From the NCBI GenBank assembly GCA_043825875.1, contig JBDRRF010000076.1, positions 1 to 64,000 of the forward strand: a DNA stretch of 64,000 bases, in the 5' to 3' direction. This document shows, in pieces, positions 1-10,436 of this stretch. The position numbers were made by a program, and so were the translations under genes. The notes beneath the pieces were generated by a model. That model was not told the DNA's origin and did not search any database. It saw only the letters and a list, made by a program, of their open reading frames with translations. The number at the start of each line of letters is the position of its first letter. Position 1 is the first letter of the stretch. The DNA is from Pseudomonadota bacterium (GTDB lineage Bacteria; Desulfobacterota; Desulfobacteria; Desulfobacterales; RPRI01).

Positions 1-73
1 CATTAATTTTAAAATAACTTTTAATTTGCTTTTTAATTTGTTCTACATTTTTAATTTTTATTGTCTTTGGCAT
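1..73 (-). CDS. 5' end of an ORF running off the window edge (MPKTIKIKNVEQIKKQIKSYFKIN...), function unknown
   Basis: ATG at 73 preceded by AAGGGGG RBS-like run; open to the window edge. Confidence 0.5.
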   Translation of the reverse strand, partial: MPKTIKIKNVEQIKKQIKSYFKIN

Positions 74-144
74 AATTCACCCCCTTGAAGTGAATATGCC
101 ACAACTTATTTATAAATGCAATTTATATTGCGCTTACTATAAAT

Positions 145-270
145 GCGGGAGAAAATTTCATCCTCAGTAATATATTGAGTATTTCGAGGATAGCGGTGAT
201 GCTTTACTTGATGCGAAATTTTAGCCCAACGCTTAAGATCGGCCAAAATGGGGCGTTTTCAAACTGGCTC
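145..270 (+). repeat. Left-truncated copy of the MITE-like repeat at 44346-44488, with a ~23-nt insertion
   Basis: Shares GCGGGAGAAAATTTCA, ATTGAGTATTTCGAGGA and AGCCCAACGCTTAAGATCGGCCAAAATGGGGCGTTTT..AAACTGGCTC with 44385-44488. Confidence 0.85.
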
Positions 271-354
271 AGGATATTTAAATTAGAAAACCGTCACCAG
301 GCAAACGAAGCCTGGATAGCAGCATTAGAGTTAAACGAAGAGTATTTATAATTA

Positions 355-396
355 TATATTAGCCAGTTATATTACATAATATAACTGGCTAATATA
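355..396. terminator. Perfect 20-bp inverted repeat downstream of the cyclase gene; probable terminator
   Basis: TATATTAGCCAGTTATATTA-CA-TAATATAACTGGCTAATATA. Confidence 0.6.
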
Positions 397-427
397 AATA
401 ATTGAAAGTATGAGCTTAATTGTATTG

Positions 428-2080
428 CTAATCTTCTATTTCTTCCCCCCAATAATATGAGCTTGTGCTTATTATCTCAGTTATGGAAAGAGTGGCAATG
501 TCCATAAATTTAGAATAATTTGAGTCATTGGTAGGAACCATATCAACAACCCTGGCAAATAGATTTTCTCCAAATATTTCACGATTTTGCTCCATACGTC
601 TAATCCCGTAGTGCAGTGTTTTCCGCTGATCCATCCCAAGTTTGTTTAAAAGATTTTTTGTTGTCCATATAGCTCCGAAACGAGCCACATCCGAAAGACG
701 ACTGGCATAGTTTACTGTATCACCAAGAGCGGTAAATTCCATATTTGGCGAAGGAGTATTTCCAAAATATTCCTGACCTTCATTTATAGCAATATTAAGA
801 AAAAGATCATTTAACCAGCCTTTTCGAGTTTTCCATTCCATGTTTAATTGTTTCATTTTTTCTCTTAATTCAAGAGCGCAATAAATTGAATTTAAGATAT
901 AATTACTGTTTTTTTCTTTAAGAAAATAAAAAACCATCCCATCGCCAACATGTTTACCATAAGTACCATAATATTTCTTAAAAATATCATGCATATACTT
1001 CCATATATCACGGATAAGTTCAAAATATTCCTCTGGCGGCAATTCTGCACAAATACGGCTTGAATCCTGTAGATCTGCAACAAGTACGGAAAAAGAAATC
1101 AGAGAAGGCATCCGCTGTCTCATTAATTCCTGTATAATTTTTTGGCGGCTTATAACAAGATCAACAATACCGTAGAAAACATCATCCATATGTGCAAGTA
1201 TAATTAAAATGCCCTCCCGAAAAACCACATGGTACGCATGATGGGGAAATGAATCTTTTTCACTATTTCCTCCCAATTTTAAATAAGTTGCATATCTTGA
1301 TTCGTTACCAAGAGGTTTTACATTGTCATATACATTTTGGAGCAACAGGATTTCCTTTTCCGTAATATCGTCATAAAGCTTTTTAATGGAATTTTTTTGA
1401 ATTGTATTTTTAACAAATTTCATAAGATAAGATACAAGATCGTTTACTTCTGTGTCTCTATCATTGGAAAGTAATCCCATTTTTGAGAACAATTTAAATA
1501 TATTTCTTTCTGATGCATCTTTGATCGATTTGATATCAAAATTGAATATATTTTTTTCAGCCTCAGTATTTATCCAATCAATTTCAAAATTATTATTTAT
1601 AAGAAACGCGGGACAGTTGATATCATTTATACTTAAATTCAACAACAAGCCTTCCTGCATATTTCTTCCGGAATTATTATGTTTTATTTCAAAATCATCA
1701 GTTGTTTTTAGAAATTCAGTATGTTGTCGATCTGATGGCATATATTCTTCTACAACATGCTTATCACTTTCTGGAGTCCCGGATTGTGCAGAAGAATGTT
1801 TTCCGCATAATATACTAACTATGCTCTCCATAGACATGCCTTCTTTCTTCATTCGTTGCACAGCTGAAATTGAGTCAATAACACTTTGAGGGAAAAAGCC
1901 AATTTTTTTTGCACGTGAACTTGGATCATCCGGTCTTCTTACAATCGGTTTAGGAATTAAACCCATTTTAATATAATTATTGAGCGTAGCACGTGATATC
2001 CCGGTCATCTCGAAAAGTTCAACACTTGTTAACCATTTGCTTTCAACATGTTCAGATGAAATCATGTTTATTTCCCCCAT
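428..2080 (-). CDS. MerR-like HTH + PAS-like + class III adenylate/guanylate cyclase fusion protein
   Basis: N-terminal LTSVELFEMTGISRATLNNYIKMGLIPKP HTH; C-terminal ADLQDS, KHVGDG, FTALGDTVNYASRL cyclase motifs. Confidence 0.85.
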   Translation of the reverse strand: MGEINMISSEHVESKWLTSVELFEMTGISRATLNNYIKMGLIPKPIVRRPDDPSSRAKKIGFFPQSVIDSISAVQRMKKEGMSMESIVSILCGKHSSAQSGTPESDKHVVEEYMPSDRQHTEFLKTTDDFEIKHNNSGRNMQEGLLLNLSINDINCPAFLINNNFEIDWINTEAEKNIFNFDIKSIKDASERNIFKLFSKMGLLSNDRDTEVNDLVSYLMKFVKNTIQKNSIKKLYDDITEKEILLLQNVYDNVKPLGNESRYATYLKLGGNSEKDSFPHHAYHVVFREGILIILAHMDDVFYGIVDLVISRQKIIQELMRQRMPSLISFSVLVADLQDSSRICAELPPEEYFELIRDIWKYMHDIFKKYYGTYGKHVGDGMVFYFLKEKNSNYILNSIYCALELREKMKQLNMEWKTRKGWLNDLFLNIAINEGQEYFGNTPSPNMEFTALGDTVNYASRLSDVARFGAIWTTKNLLNKLGMDQRKTLHYGIRRMEQNREIFGENLFARVVDMVPTNDSNYSKFMDIATLSITEIISTSSYYWGEEIED

Positions 2081-2444
2081 TTTAAAGTTAAATTGAGCTT
2101 CTAAAAACTTAATGGTTTACTGCTAATGGCATTTTAAAATTATTTTAATAATTTTAAAGAAGATAATAGAATAAGCAAAAACAGATCTATTATATAGCAA
2201 TTAGTTTAATATTTTTGAGATTGAGATCGAATATAGGAAAATTATAAGAGCAAGAGCAGCGAAGCTAGGAGAGTTATCTATTTTTTAAATATATATTATT
2301 CTCCGCAGAAATAATTAAAAACTATTGATGACAACAAGACAAAAAATACAATATAATAATTAAAGAAGTTTCACACTCCTTTCATAAACTTAAACAATCA
2401 AAAAGTTCTATTAAAAAGCAGTGTTTGTGAAGTTATGCAAAGGA

Positions 2445-2835
2445 TATACTGTGCAATTATTATCTCCAAAGTAATACGTTAATAAATAAAGATTTACCCT
2501 TTGTCAAGAATTATTATACTGTTTAATTTAAATATCCGCAACTGTCTAATTTATGTAATTATACTGTATACCAATTACACATTAAAGTTATAAATACAGT
2601 TATACGCTATATTATCAAACTATTATAAACATTTGCGCCTATTTATCAAGGTCCTTTATTGAACGGTTTTACTAAAGGACCTGTATAATTACACAGCCAA
2701 TATTTATACAGTATAATTGCACGGTTACTTTTCAAATTCTCCCGATAACAATTTTAATTAATAGTGCATTATGGGCTGGGTTGGATTAGTTACGCTACAT
2801 ATTGCGGCAATAAGGCTATTATACAGTATAATTAC
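2445..2835. promoter_or_regulatory. Repeated ATACAGTATAATTAC-like motif array, candidate operator sites
   Basis: 2555-2569 (reverse), 2706-2720, 2821-2835, plus partial copies at 2445, 2513, 2594, 2681. Confidence 0.55.
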
Positions 2836-2862
2836 CTCCTGGTATAGTCCTTGCCGGAGTTA

Positions 2863-3054
2863 TTAAACAGAACTTAATTCATGATACTTACAATAAAATT
2901 GTAGCAATAAAAAATAAGCACTAGTTAAATATTGCTGCGGAGCTCGCAAAGTATTACCTGCAAGAACTCCCAGTCCACCGCTATACAATGGAATACCCTC
3001 CTCTATGGCAATTTCTTCCATCATAGAAAAATATGCTCCCAATCCGTCATCCAA
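2863..3054 (-). pseudogene. N-terminal remnant of alpha-glucan (glycogen) phosphorylase
   Basis: [28 protein letters not shown] matches the phosphorylase YSGGLGxLAGD motif; RBS at 3061-3066; similarity lost after ~38 codons. Confidence 0.75.
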
Positions 3055-3195
3055 AGCATTCTCCTTTCATATACTTGCTGTTTTATAATGGAAAACAAGT
3101 TATCCATTGACTTTGCGCCTGCTTTGAATTATTCTACCAATTAAAAAACATACTAAATTCTTTTACTTGCCAAAGGTAATGAGTTAACGATTAAG

Positions 3196-4728
3196 ATGTC
3201 AAAACAGCGAATCGATACCGCACAAATACACCGTGAAGGTATATATCTTGATTATTTTCAATTCCAAGAGGCCCCCTTTTCCATTACTCCTGACCCTGGA
3301 TTTCTTTTTCTTTCTACCACCCACCAGAGTGTAATTGAAAGAATCATATACGGCATCAAAAACCGCTTAGGTTTTATTCTTTTAACCGGTGAGGTAGGAA
3401 CCGGCAAGACTACAATTTGCAGATCGGTTTTGGACAGGCTTGAGACAAATGCTGAGACAGTTTATATAATAAATCCATCACTTTCAGGGATTGAAATCCT
3501 GGCCACAATCTTAGATGATTTAGGTGTCACATATTCTGCCAGTACAGGGAAAAAAGAACTGATGGACAGCCTGAATTCTTTTCTTCTTGCAAGCGACCGT
3601 ACAAAACCAGTTGTTATAATTATAGACGATGCTCAGACTATGCCGATAGAAGCGCTGGAAGATTTGCGCTTGCTGTCCAACCTTGAAACAGATAAGGAAA
3701 AACTGCTTCAAATGGTTATTGCAGGTCAACCTGAACTGCTTGCCACCATTTCAAAGCCTGAATTAAGACAGTTACGCCAGAGGATTGCTATAAGCTGTAA
3801 TCTGGATTATCTGAAAAAGGAAGAAATACCGGGCTATATCGAAAGAAGACTTTTTATTGCAGGAAACAAAGGGCAGGTCCGTTTCACTTCTTCAGCCACA
3901 GATGTAATCTATAAAGCATCTTCGGGTATCCCGCGCCTTATCAACAGAATTTGCGACTATTCCCTGATTGCTTGCTATTTATCAAACAATTACACAATAA
4001 CTAAACAACATGTCAAACAAGCTCTTAAAGAAATAGGAAATACCGAATATGTCCAAAAAAGAAACTTAGTTTTCAAAAAGCCACATTATTTTTATGCAAT
4101 TGCCGGTATTTTAATAGTGATTGCCTTTTTTGCCGTTTATACAAGATTTTTAATATATAAAAATACTGAAAAATCCGAACCGGGTAAAACGGCCAAGCTT
4201 GCTTCCATACCTGTTCCCGCAATTAAAAATACAATTGCAAAGCAAGCATTGAATCACAAAGCCGGCTACATAGAAAAAGAAGTCAAAGAAGTTTCATATA
4301 CAATACTGCTTGCCTCGCATCGTTTTTCAAAAAGGGTGTCTGAAGAAGCATCGCTTTTTAGAAATAAAGGCATTGATTCTCACTGGGTGGAAGTAGATTT
4401 AGGGAATAATGGAATCTGGCACAGACATTTTACCGGACGTTTTGACAACAAAGCTGCTGCACAAAATTATATCAATGAATATGGCCTTGCCGATGTACTG
4501 ATTCTAAGAGCGCCCTGGGCAATTCAGGTATATGAAGAAAAATCTCCTGAAGCAATGAAAGAAATAATAAATAATCTTAAAGCCAACCTGTACGACGGTT
4601 ATATCCAGAAAATGGAAAACGGCGGTTACCGGTTGCTTATAGGAGCTTTTGTCACAAGAAAAGGAGCAGAACATGCTGCTGGCAAAATTGCTATTTCTGA
4701 TGTTTCTCCAGTAGTTGTACTTCGATAA
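3196..4728 (+). CDS. ExeA/MshM-like AAA ATPase with TM segment and C-terminal SPOR-like domains
   Basis: PFSITPDP, GEVGTGKTT Walker A, IIIDDAQ Walker B, GQPEL, GIPRLIN. Confidence 0.85.
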   Translation: MSKQRIDTAQIHREGIYLDYFQFQEAPFSITPDPGFLFLSTTHQSVIERIIYGIKNRLGFILLTGEVGTGKTTICRSVLDRLETNAETVYIINPSLSGIEILATILDDLGVTYSASTGKKELMDSLNSFLLASDRTKPVVIIIDDAQTMPIEALEDLRLLSNLETDKEKLLQMVIAGQPELLATISKPELRQLRQRIAISCNLDYLKKEEIPGYIERRLFIAGNKGQVRFTSSATDVIYKASSGIPRLINRICDYSLIACYLSNNYTITKQHVKQALKEIGNTEYVQKRNLVFKKPHYFYAIAGILIVIAFFAVYTRFLIYKNTEKSEPGKTAKLASIPVPAIKNTIAKQALNHKAGYIEKEVKEVSYTILLASHRFSKRVSEEASLFRNKGIDSHWVEVDLGNNGIWHRHFTGRFDNKAAAQNYINEYGLADVLILRAPWAIQVYEEKSPEAMKEIINNLKANLYDGYIQKMENGGYRLLIGAFVTRKGAEHAAGKIAISDVSPVVVLR

Positions 4729-4806
4729 TTAAAGCAAGCATAAAGGTTTACGTATTAGCATTACAAACAGGATTTATTAATATATCGGCAGATACTGGGG
4801 GAAAAG

Positions 4807-5907
4807 ATGAGCCTGCTTAATGCGGCCTTAAGAAAAAAAGATAAGGAAAATCAGCTTCAAAATACTCCACCACCTTTATTTAATAAAGGTGAGAAAATTA
4901 AATCAAAAAAAAAGTTTTTGATTTACTTATTAATAGCCTGTCTTGTAATAGCCATAGGAATTGCAATCCCATATTTAGCCAACATGTTTTTGCCCAAAAA
5001 ACCAACCTCTCCCCTGCCCCGGCCTCAGGATATTGTAATTGAAAAACAGGAGGCCAACGTTATGGATGCCGATTCTTTTCAGTCCAATAATATTTCACAA
5101 ATGCAAGACTCGAAAACAAATGAAACTATAACCAGTTTGCCGGAAAAACCAACTTCTATTCTTCCTGAAAAAACAGTAGAAACTCCTGTTAAGAAAGAAG
5201 CAGAAATAAAATCGAAACAAATTATAAACCCCAAATTACCATCAAAACCCGTGTTTAAAAAACCCGCTGCAAAGAAAGCTTTGGCCAGGAAACCTGTAAA
5301 TAGTGAACTTATAACGCCGTTTTATGAAAAGGCTGTTCAATACCACATGCAAAAAAGGCTCAAAGAAGCTATAATGATGTACCGGCAGGTGCTTGATAAA
5401 GACCCTTATAACAGGGATGCACTGTTTAATCTTTCTTGTGCATATCTGGAAAATAGCGAGCCTACTGCTGCTTTGCCAATTCTTAAAGACTTATATGGAA
5501 AAGAACCAAATAACCCGCGTGTTATGATCAATCTGGCTATAGCCCGGATAGAAACAAGCGAACCTGAAATTGCCATTTCCCTGCTTGACACTGCACAAAA
5601 TATTTCAGGCACGTCCTTGTTTGACATCTACTTTCACAAAGCTGCTGCTTTTAGCAGTCTTGGGCAATTAGATGAAGCAATGAGTTTTTATAAAATTGCT
5701 GAGAAAAAAGATCCGGGAAATACCAGGCTTATTTTCAACATGGCAGTACTTTATGACAAAATGGGAAACTATAATGAAGCACTCCGATATTATCGTATGT
5801 TTCTTGAAAAAAACGGCTGGTCGTCCGATAAAGAAAGAATATCCGTTGAAAACCGCGCGCTTATTTTAACTGTATTTATTGAAAGAAAACAGAATCAGAT
5901 TCCTTAA
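4807..5907 (+). CDS. Membrane-anchored TPR protein (MshN-like)
   Basis: MSLLNAALRK start, TM helix, Pro/Lys linker, C-terminal TPR repeats. Confidence 0.75.
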   Translation: MSLLNAALRKKDKENQLQNTPPPLFNKGEKIKSKKKFLIYLLIACLVIAIGIAIPYLANMFLPKKPTSPLPRPQDIVIEKQEANVMDADSFQSNNISQMQDSKTNETITSLPEKPTSILPEKTVETPVKKEAEIKSKQIINPKLPSKPVFKKPAAKKALARKPVNSELITPFYEKAVQYHMQKRLKEAIMMYRQVLDKDPYNRDALFNLSCAYLENSEPTAALPILKDLYGKEPNNPRVMINLAIARIETSEPEIAISLLDTAQNISGTSLFDIYFHKAAAFSSLGQLDEAMSFYKIAEKKDPGNTRLIFNMAVLYDKMGNYNEALRYYRMFLEKNGWSSDKERISVENRALILTVFIERKQNQIP

Positions 5908-5928
5908 AAGAACCGGGAATAACATCAA

Positions 5929-8376
5929 ATGAAAAAACTTGGCGATATATTACTGGAAATGGGGCTTATAGAAAAAAGCCAACTTGAATCAGCGCTTGCA
6001 GAAACTACAAGAACCGGAGCAATGCTGGGAGATGTTTTGCTGAAGATGGGATTTGTAAGCGAAGAAAAAATGCAGCTGGCTCTATCTGTTTTAAGCGGAA
6101 CAAATATTTTGGACATATCGAACGTAGTTATTGATTACACTTTGATCGAAAAAATTCCGGAATCTTTTGCTATAACTCATAGTATATTTCCTTTTGCGCA
6201 GGATGGACAGATAATCAAAATTGCCACATCCAATCCGTTTGATGTGATAGTCCGGGACAATCTTGAGCGGATTACAGGTAACAAGGTAGAGTTTTATATT
6301 GCGCCTAATGACTGGGTTACAAATGCCATCAAGAAGCATTATAAAACTGCATCCAAAGTTGATGAAGAAATAGCCGGAATTACCGCTATAGGCTCTGCCA
6401 ATAAGCAGCTTGATGAAAACAGTACCATTAAACTTGCTGATCTGCTCATTGAAAAAGGGCGGATGCTTAATGCAAGCGATATCCACGTAATTCCGGAAAC
6501 CAATATATTTAAAGTCTCTTACCGTTCAGATAATGAAATTAGCCAGGAATATACTTTCCCCAAGTACTTTCAACAGGGACTGATAACACGCTTTAAAATC
6601 ATGGGAAACATCAGTATCGATAAATCCGATATTCCTCTTGAAGGCTGTATCAAATTTTCCGGTAAAGGCAGCAGCATAAATGTCTGTATATCCGCTTCGC
6701 CCGCTCAAACTGCCGATAAAGCCATGGCAAAGAAGCGAATAGGCGATATTTTGCTTGAGATGGGTTTTGTAGGAAACGACCAGCTGGACATGGCGCTCAT
6801 GGAAGCAAAAAGAACCGGGGTAATGCTGGGAAGTGTATTGGTTCGCCTCGACTGGATAAGCGAAGAGCAAATGCAAATGGCTCTTGCCGTTCAAAGCGGC
6901 GCTAAAATTGTGGATATATCAAGCGTAAAAATTGATTTTGATTTGATAGCAAGTATTCCTGAAAAATTTGTCACAACCCATAATATATTTCCATTCGCCA
7001 AAGACGGACAAATCATCAAAATTGCCACATCCAATCCTTTTGATGTGATAGTAAATGATAATCTGGGAAGAATAACAAACTGCCGGGTTGAATCTTACAT
7101 AGCACCCAAAGAATGGATTAGAAATTCAATTGAATTGTATTACAAAGTAGCGGCTATAATTGATGAAGAAATCGATAATATAATCAGATCCAGCATAACT
7201 GATGCCGGGTTTGATGAAAATCAGACTATAAGACTTGCTGATCTTATTATTGAAAAAGGAAGAGTCTTAAATGCCAGCGATATACACGTTGTAGCAGATA
7301 CCAATCTGGTAAGAATTTATTACCGTGTCGATGGAGTGTTACACCAGAAATATCTTTTTCCCAAGCAATTTCAACAAAGCCTGGTTACGCGGTTTAAAAT
7401 TATGGGAGATATGGATATATCAAACCCAAATATCCCTCTTGACGGCCGGTTCAAATTTTCCGGCAAAGGCGAAGATATCAATATTCGTATTTCCACTTTT
7501 CCCACACACCTTGGTGAAACGGTTGTTATGAGGCTTTTAATATACAGCGGGATTGTGGGAAATCTTGAAAGGCTTGGTTTTGAAAAAGAGGAACGGGAGC
7601 GCTTCACAAAGGGTATTCATCGTCCCTACGGTTTAATACTTGTTACCGGTCCCACAGGTTCAGGCAAAACTACAACTTTATATTCAGCTCTGATGACCAT
7701 CAACAGTCCACATATTAATGTTATGACTGTTGAAGATCCGATTGAATATGTTATTCCTACATTAAGACAGACTGCCGTTAATCCCAAAGCCGGGCTCACT
7801 TTCGCAAGCGCGATTCGTTCGGCAATGCGTCAGGATCCTGATGTTATACTGGTAGGTGAAATCAGAGATCAGGAAACAGCAGAACTTGCTATTCGTGCCT
7901 CGATTACCGGCCATCTGGTTTTATCGACATTACATACAAATGATGCAGCATCTGCAATAAACAGGCTGGTCGATCTTGGCGTAAATCCAAACATGCTGGC
8001 ATCATCCTTATCCATGATAGCAGCACAAAGACTTCTTCGAAAGTTATGCCAACAATGTGCTGCTGCTACAATTACCAAAAAAGAAGATAAGGAGATTTTC
8101 ATCAAAAACGGCCTTGAGCCTCCCGCAGAAATGCTCAAAGCCGTTGGATGTGATGCCTGTAATAACTCAGGATATAGCGGCAGGATAGCTGTTTATGAGA
8201 TCATAATGATAAACCGTGAGATTATAGAACTTATCTTTTCAGGAGCTACCCAGAGCGCAATAGAAGACGCAGCTGTGAAATCCGGAACCAGTTTACTGTT
8301 TAAACAGGCATTGAGAAAAATTCATTATAGAATAACATCGTTAGAAGAAGTACTGCGCGTGGTGGCATATGCCTGA
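5929..8376 (+). CDS. GspE/PilB/MshE family extension ATPase with duplicated N-terminal region
   Basis: GPTGSGKTT, EDPIE, RQDPDVILVGEIRD, TGHLVLSTLHTN, CxxC..CxxC; two MshEN-like modules. Confidence 0.9.
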   Translation: MKKLGDILLEMGLIEKSQLESALAETTRTGAMLGDVLLKMGFVSEEKMQLALSVLSGTNILDISNVVIDYTLIEKIPESFAITHSIFPFAQDGQIIKIATSNPFDVIVRDNLERITGNKVEFYIAPNDWVTNAIKKHYKTASKVDEEIAGITAIGSANKQLDENSTIKLADLLIEKGRMLNASDIHVIPETNIFKVSYRSDNEISQEYTFPKYFQQGLITRFKIMGNISIDKSDIPLEGCIKFSGKGSSINVCISASPAQTADKAMAKKRIGDILLEMGFVGNDQLDMALMEAKRTGVMLGSVLVRLDWISEEQMQMALAVQSGAKIVDISSVKIDFDLIASIPEKFVTTHNIFPFAKDGQIIKIATSNPFDVIVNDNLGRITNCRVESYIAPKEWIRNSIELYYKVAAIIDEEIDNIIRSSITDAGFDENQTIRLADLIIEKGRVLNASDIHVVADTNLVRIYYRVDGVLHQKYLFPKQFQQSLVTRFKIMGDMDISNPNIPLDGRFKFSGKGEDINIRISTFPTHLGETVVMRLLIYSGIVGNLERLGFEKEERERFTKGIHRPYGLILVTGPTGSGKTTTLYSALMTINSPHINVMTVEDPIEYVIPTLRQTAVNPKAGLTFASAIRSAMRQDPDVILVGEIRDQETAELAIRASITGHLVLSTLHTNDAASAINRLVDLGVNPNMLASSLSMIAAQRLLRKLCQQCAAATITKKEDKEIFIKNGLEPPAEMLKAVGCDACNNSGYSGRIAVYEIIMINREIIELIFSGATQSAIEDAAVKSGTSLLFKQALRKIHYRITSLEEVLRVVAYA

Positions 8377-9577
8377 GTTTAAATACAAGGCGGTTGACGA
8401 CAAAGGAAAGCTGCTAAAAGGCACTCAGTTTGCAGCTTCCGATAAAGAGCTTGAAAATCGATTAAAAGAAACCGGACTTACGCTTGTTGAGAGCCACAGC
8501 AAAACAGAAGGTGCCGGCACCGACACACTGTTTTCAGGGTCTATCAAGCCGCGCGTATTAATAGAATTCTATTACCGGCTTTCACAAACTTTAGAACTCG
8601 GTTTTCCCGTGATTTCGGCTCTTGAGGAAAATGAAAAAATTATTCCAAGCAGAGCCTTGCGCAAAATAATCAATGAATTAAAGTCAGCAATAGAAGGTGG
8701 TACTTCAATACATGAAGCCATGAGCCGTTTTCCTAAAGTGTTTCAAAAGCTTGATATTGGCATCATTCGCATGGGAGAACTATCCGGAACACTGCCTAAC
8801 AGTATTAAAAGACTGGCTGAATTTCTGGAATGGAAAGAAGATATCAGTTCAACCATAAAGCGGGCCACAATCTATCCAACTTTTATCATCCTTGCCCTTT
8901 TTGGAGTAATCGCAGTATGGGTAGGCTATGTACTGCCCAAAATGGCTGGCCTGCTTAAAGAAATGGGGGTTCCTCTACCGGCGGTAACCAGAGCTATGCT
9001 TGATATCAGTACCTTTGTGAATGAGTACTGGCTTTATATCCTCATTTTTTTTGCCCTTTTTATAATTATGTTTCTGGCATTCGGCAAAACAAAGCAGGGA
9101 AAGCTTTTGATTCATAAATACCTGCTGAAAATCCCTGTTTTAGGGCTTGTTGCTTCCAATATCGTCATGGCCAGACTGAGCCAGAATTTCGCTACAATGT
9201 ATTCTGCAGGCATGAACATTAACAATATCTTTGAGACTCTAACAGACAATATTCTTGGAAACCTTTATCTTGAAGGACGACTTAAGAAAGCTTACGAGAA
9301 CATCCAGAAAGGACTCACAATTGCCGATGGCTTTGACAGGGCCGGAGGATTTCCTCCGCTTTTGCTTGGTTCTATAAGAAACGGGGAAACCACAGGAACA
9401 CTTGATGTGGCTTTTACAAGGCTTGGAAATTATTTTAACATCGAAGTCAAACGGTCTGTTGAAACTTTGGTAAACCTGATGGAACCGCTTTCTATCGTAT
9501 TCTTAGGCAGTGTATTCGGTATTATCGCTATTTCTATTATGCTGCCCATGTATGATGTTATAAGCAAATTCAAGTAA
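8369..9577 (+). CDS. GspF/PilC/MshG family platform protein
   Basis: F-x-YKA start, GELSG and GETTG repeats, EP motif, three TM helices. Confidence 0.9.
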   Translation: MPEFKYKAVDDKGKLLKGTQFAASDKELENRLKETGLTLVESHSKTEGAGTDTLFSGSIKPRVLIEFYYRLSQTLELGFPVISALEENEKIIPSRALRKIINELKSAIEGGTSIHEAMSRFPKVFQKLDIGIIRMGELSGTLPNSIKRLAEFLEWKEDISSTIKRATIYPTFIILALFGVIAVWVGYVLPKMAGLLKEMGVPLPAVTRAMLDISTFVNEYWLYILIFFALFIIMFLAFGKTKQGKLLIHKYLLKIPVLGLVASNIVMARLSQNFATMYSAGMNINNIFETLTDNILGNLYLEGRLKKAYENIQKGLTIADGFDRAGGFPPLLLGSIRNGETTGTLDVAFTRLGNYFNIEVKRSVETLVNLMEPLSIVFLGSVFGIIAISIMLPMYDVISKFK

Positions 9578-9608
9578 ACATGCATTTGGTTCCAAGACAA
9601 TTGATTAA

Positions 9609-10391
9609 TCAAGATATATTAAGAGTATACGGCCGTGTTGATGTTCCGCCATTGGCATCGGTCACCCTTACAGTAACAGAAAAAGAACCTGCTGTAGTCG
9701 GAGTCCCTGAAAAAACGGCGGAAGCAGAATTAAAAGTAAGGCCGGTGGGCAGCCCTGTTAGAATACTCCATGCATAGGGTGGCACGCCACCATCTGCATA
9801 TAACCCTACATTGTTATAAGGTGTACCTGAAACTGCATCCGGCAGTTCATTATTGAGTATTCTAAGCACACCAGTGGTAAACCCAAAGCATCCGGCCTGA
9901 TTTTTCAAATCCTCCAGGGATATAAAACGCACAATATCGGGGGGGCCGGAAGCAACGGTTTCTACAAGTGGTCCTAAAACGGAATGTGTTGTATTTACAG
10001 TAATACCTTCAGCGCCGCTTAAAATGATAAAAGCAACATTATTCACCGTGCCGTATGACAGGAACGTGCTTTGGCGGCCGCCGCATATTCCACCTCTACC
10101 GGTCTTTGCCAATTCATCATCATAGATATAAACAAGAGGCCTGCCCCAGTCATCAACAGCGCTTGGTATGATTGAAGGAAAAGTTGCCGCATCAGGTAGC
10201 TGACCGTTTTGAACAGACCAGGAAATCACCGACTGCATTGCAGCTGTAAGAATTTCTCCTGTCCGGTCGTATTTTGCCTTTATAACTCTTGGCCCGATCA
10301 TGGTTATTCCTGCACCGATCAGGGCGCTTACAACAAGAATGGCCGCAATCAGAAAAAACAGTGCAAAACCTTTACTATCAGATTTTTTCAT
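9609..10391 (-). CDS. Minor pilin/pseudopilin-like protein (no E5) with C-terminal putative Ig domain
   Basis: KG|FALFF prepilin-like N-terminus; ADGGVPPYAWS..GLPTGL..SGTPTTAG He_PIG-like repeat. Confidence 0.7.
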   Translation of the reverse strand: MKKSDSKGFALFFLIAAILVVSALIGAGITMIGPRVIKAKYDRTGEILTAAMQSVISWSVQNGQLPDAATFPSIIPSAVDDWGRPLVYIYDDELAKTGRGGICGGRQSTFLSYGTVNNVAFIILSGAEGITVNTTHSVLGPLVETVASGPPDIVRFISLEDLKNQAGCFGFTTGVLRILNNELPDAVSGTPYNNVGLYADGGVPPYAWSILTGLPTGLTFNSASAVFSGTPTTAGSFSVTVRVTDANGGTSTRPYTLNIS

Positions 10392-10436
10392 TTCCCATTA
10401 TCCCTGATTCACCCTTTCTACGTATTCCCCTTCACC

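Noticed and set aside
1452..1889. 145-aa plus-strand ORF and many similar short ORFs in the track
   Set aside because: Antisense or out of frame within well-supported genes, with no motifs
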